A stretch of 63,362 nt of DNA, filler included, from Octopus bimaculoides (lineage: Eukaryota): assembly GCF_001194135.2 (NCBI RefSeq). It is 5 parts of 5 records of this genome, joined end to end, with 100 filler letters (N's around TTAATTAATTAA, not from the genome) between each part and the next. Parts side by side here need not be neighbours in the genome. Positions count along the whole stretch, not along the records: positions 61,971 to 63,362 come from NC_068991.1; 4 more parts are not named here. One strand, 5' to 3'. This document shows, piece by piece, positions 63,105-63,362 of the stretch. A program made the translations under genes and the position numbers. The notes below the pieces were generated by a model. The model searched no databases and was not told where the DNA came from. It was given only the letters and a program-made list of their open reading frames with translations. Numbering within the stretch: position 1 is the stretch's first letter; the number at the start of each line of letters is the position of its first letter.

Positions 63105-63362
63105 CATTATTAACTTTACGTTTATTAGAATATAAACTAACAGAAATATTAAATGCAAATCTTATCTTAACGAATCTTTCGTTTAAAATACAATTTAAAC
63201 GAAGTTTTAGGTTAAACTAAAATTATAAACGTAATATTAATAACTTTACGTTAATTATAATATAAACTAACAAAAATTAATTTATATAAAAATAATATCA
63301 CCAATAAATAAAAGAAAAACATTTAACAAAATTATTGAAAAGAAATGCAAAACTTATCTAAT
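63105..63362 (+). repeat. AT-rich repeat; 63266-63362 is identical to 61971-62067
   Basis: Direct comparison shows a 97-bp identity running to the window end. Confidence 0.85.

Noticed and set aside
529-63362. Most ORFs in the track (YIYI, HTHT, CVCV, poly-I/L, X runs)
   Set aside because: They are translations of microsatellites or N gaps, not genes.

Overview
AT-rich, microsatellite-dense, gapped eukaryotic draft sequence. The SINE families and repeat style fit an octopus or other coleoid cephalopod (inference; not checked against a database). I could not recognise any intact host protein-coding gene, rRNA, true tRNA or CRISPR array. Most ORFs in the track are microsatellite or N-run artefacts. 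The window looks like a large intron or intergenic region filled with mobile DNA. It holds three or four tRNA-derived SINE families, which I label A, B, C and a (TAA)n-tailed family D. It also holds relics of RTE, CR1-like, R4/Dong and Penelope-like (PLE) retroelements. DNA transposons include a full-length Tc1 with DD36E spacing, a DD37D fragment, mariner ends, a hAT relic, a pogo-type MITE, a long foldback element and Helentron-like non-autonomous repeats. The most interesting signals are: (i) several hammerhead-ribozyme-like cores in PLE-type terminal repeats; (ii) a 3' tail shared between SINE-A and a CR1-like LINE; (iii) apparent self-targeting of SINE-B; (iv) an unexplained GC-rich ORF island at about 41.9-43.0 kb; (v) inverted repeats that would form long dsRNA. 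Relic boundaries are approximate and were read by eye.
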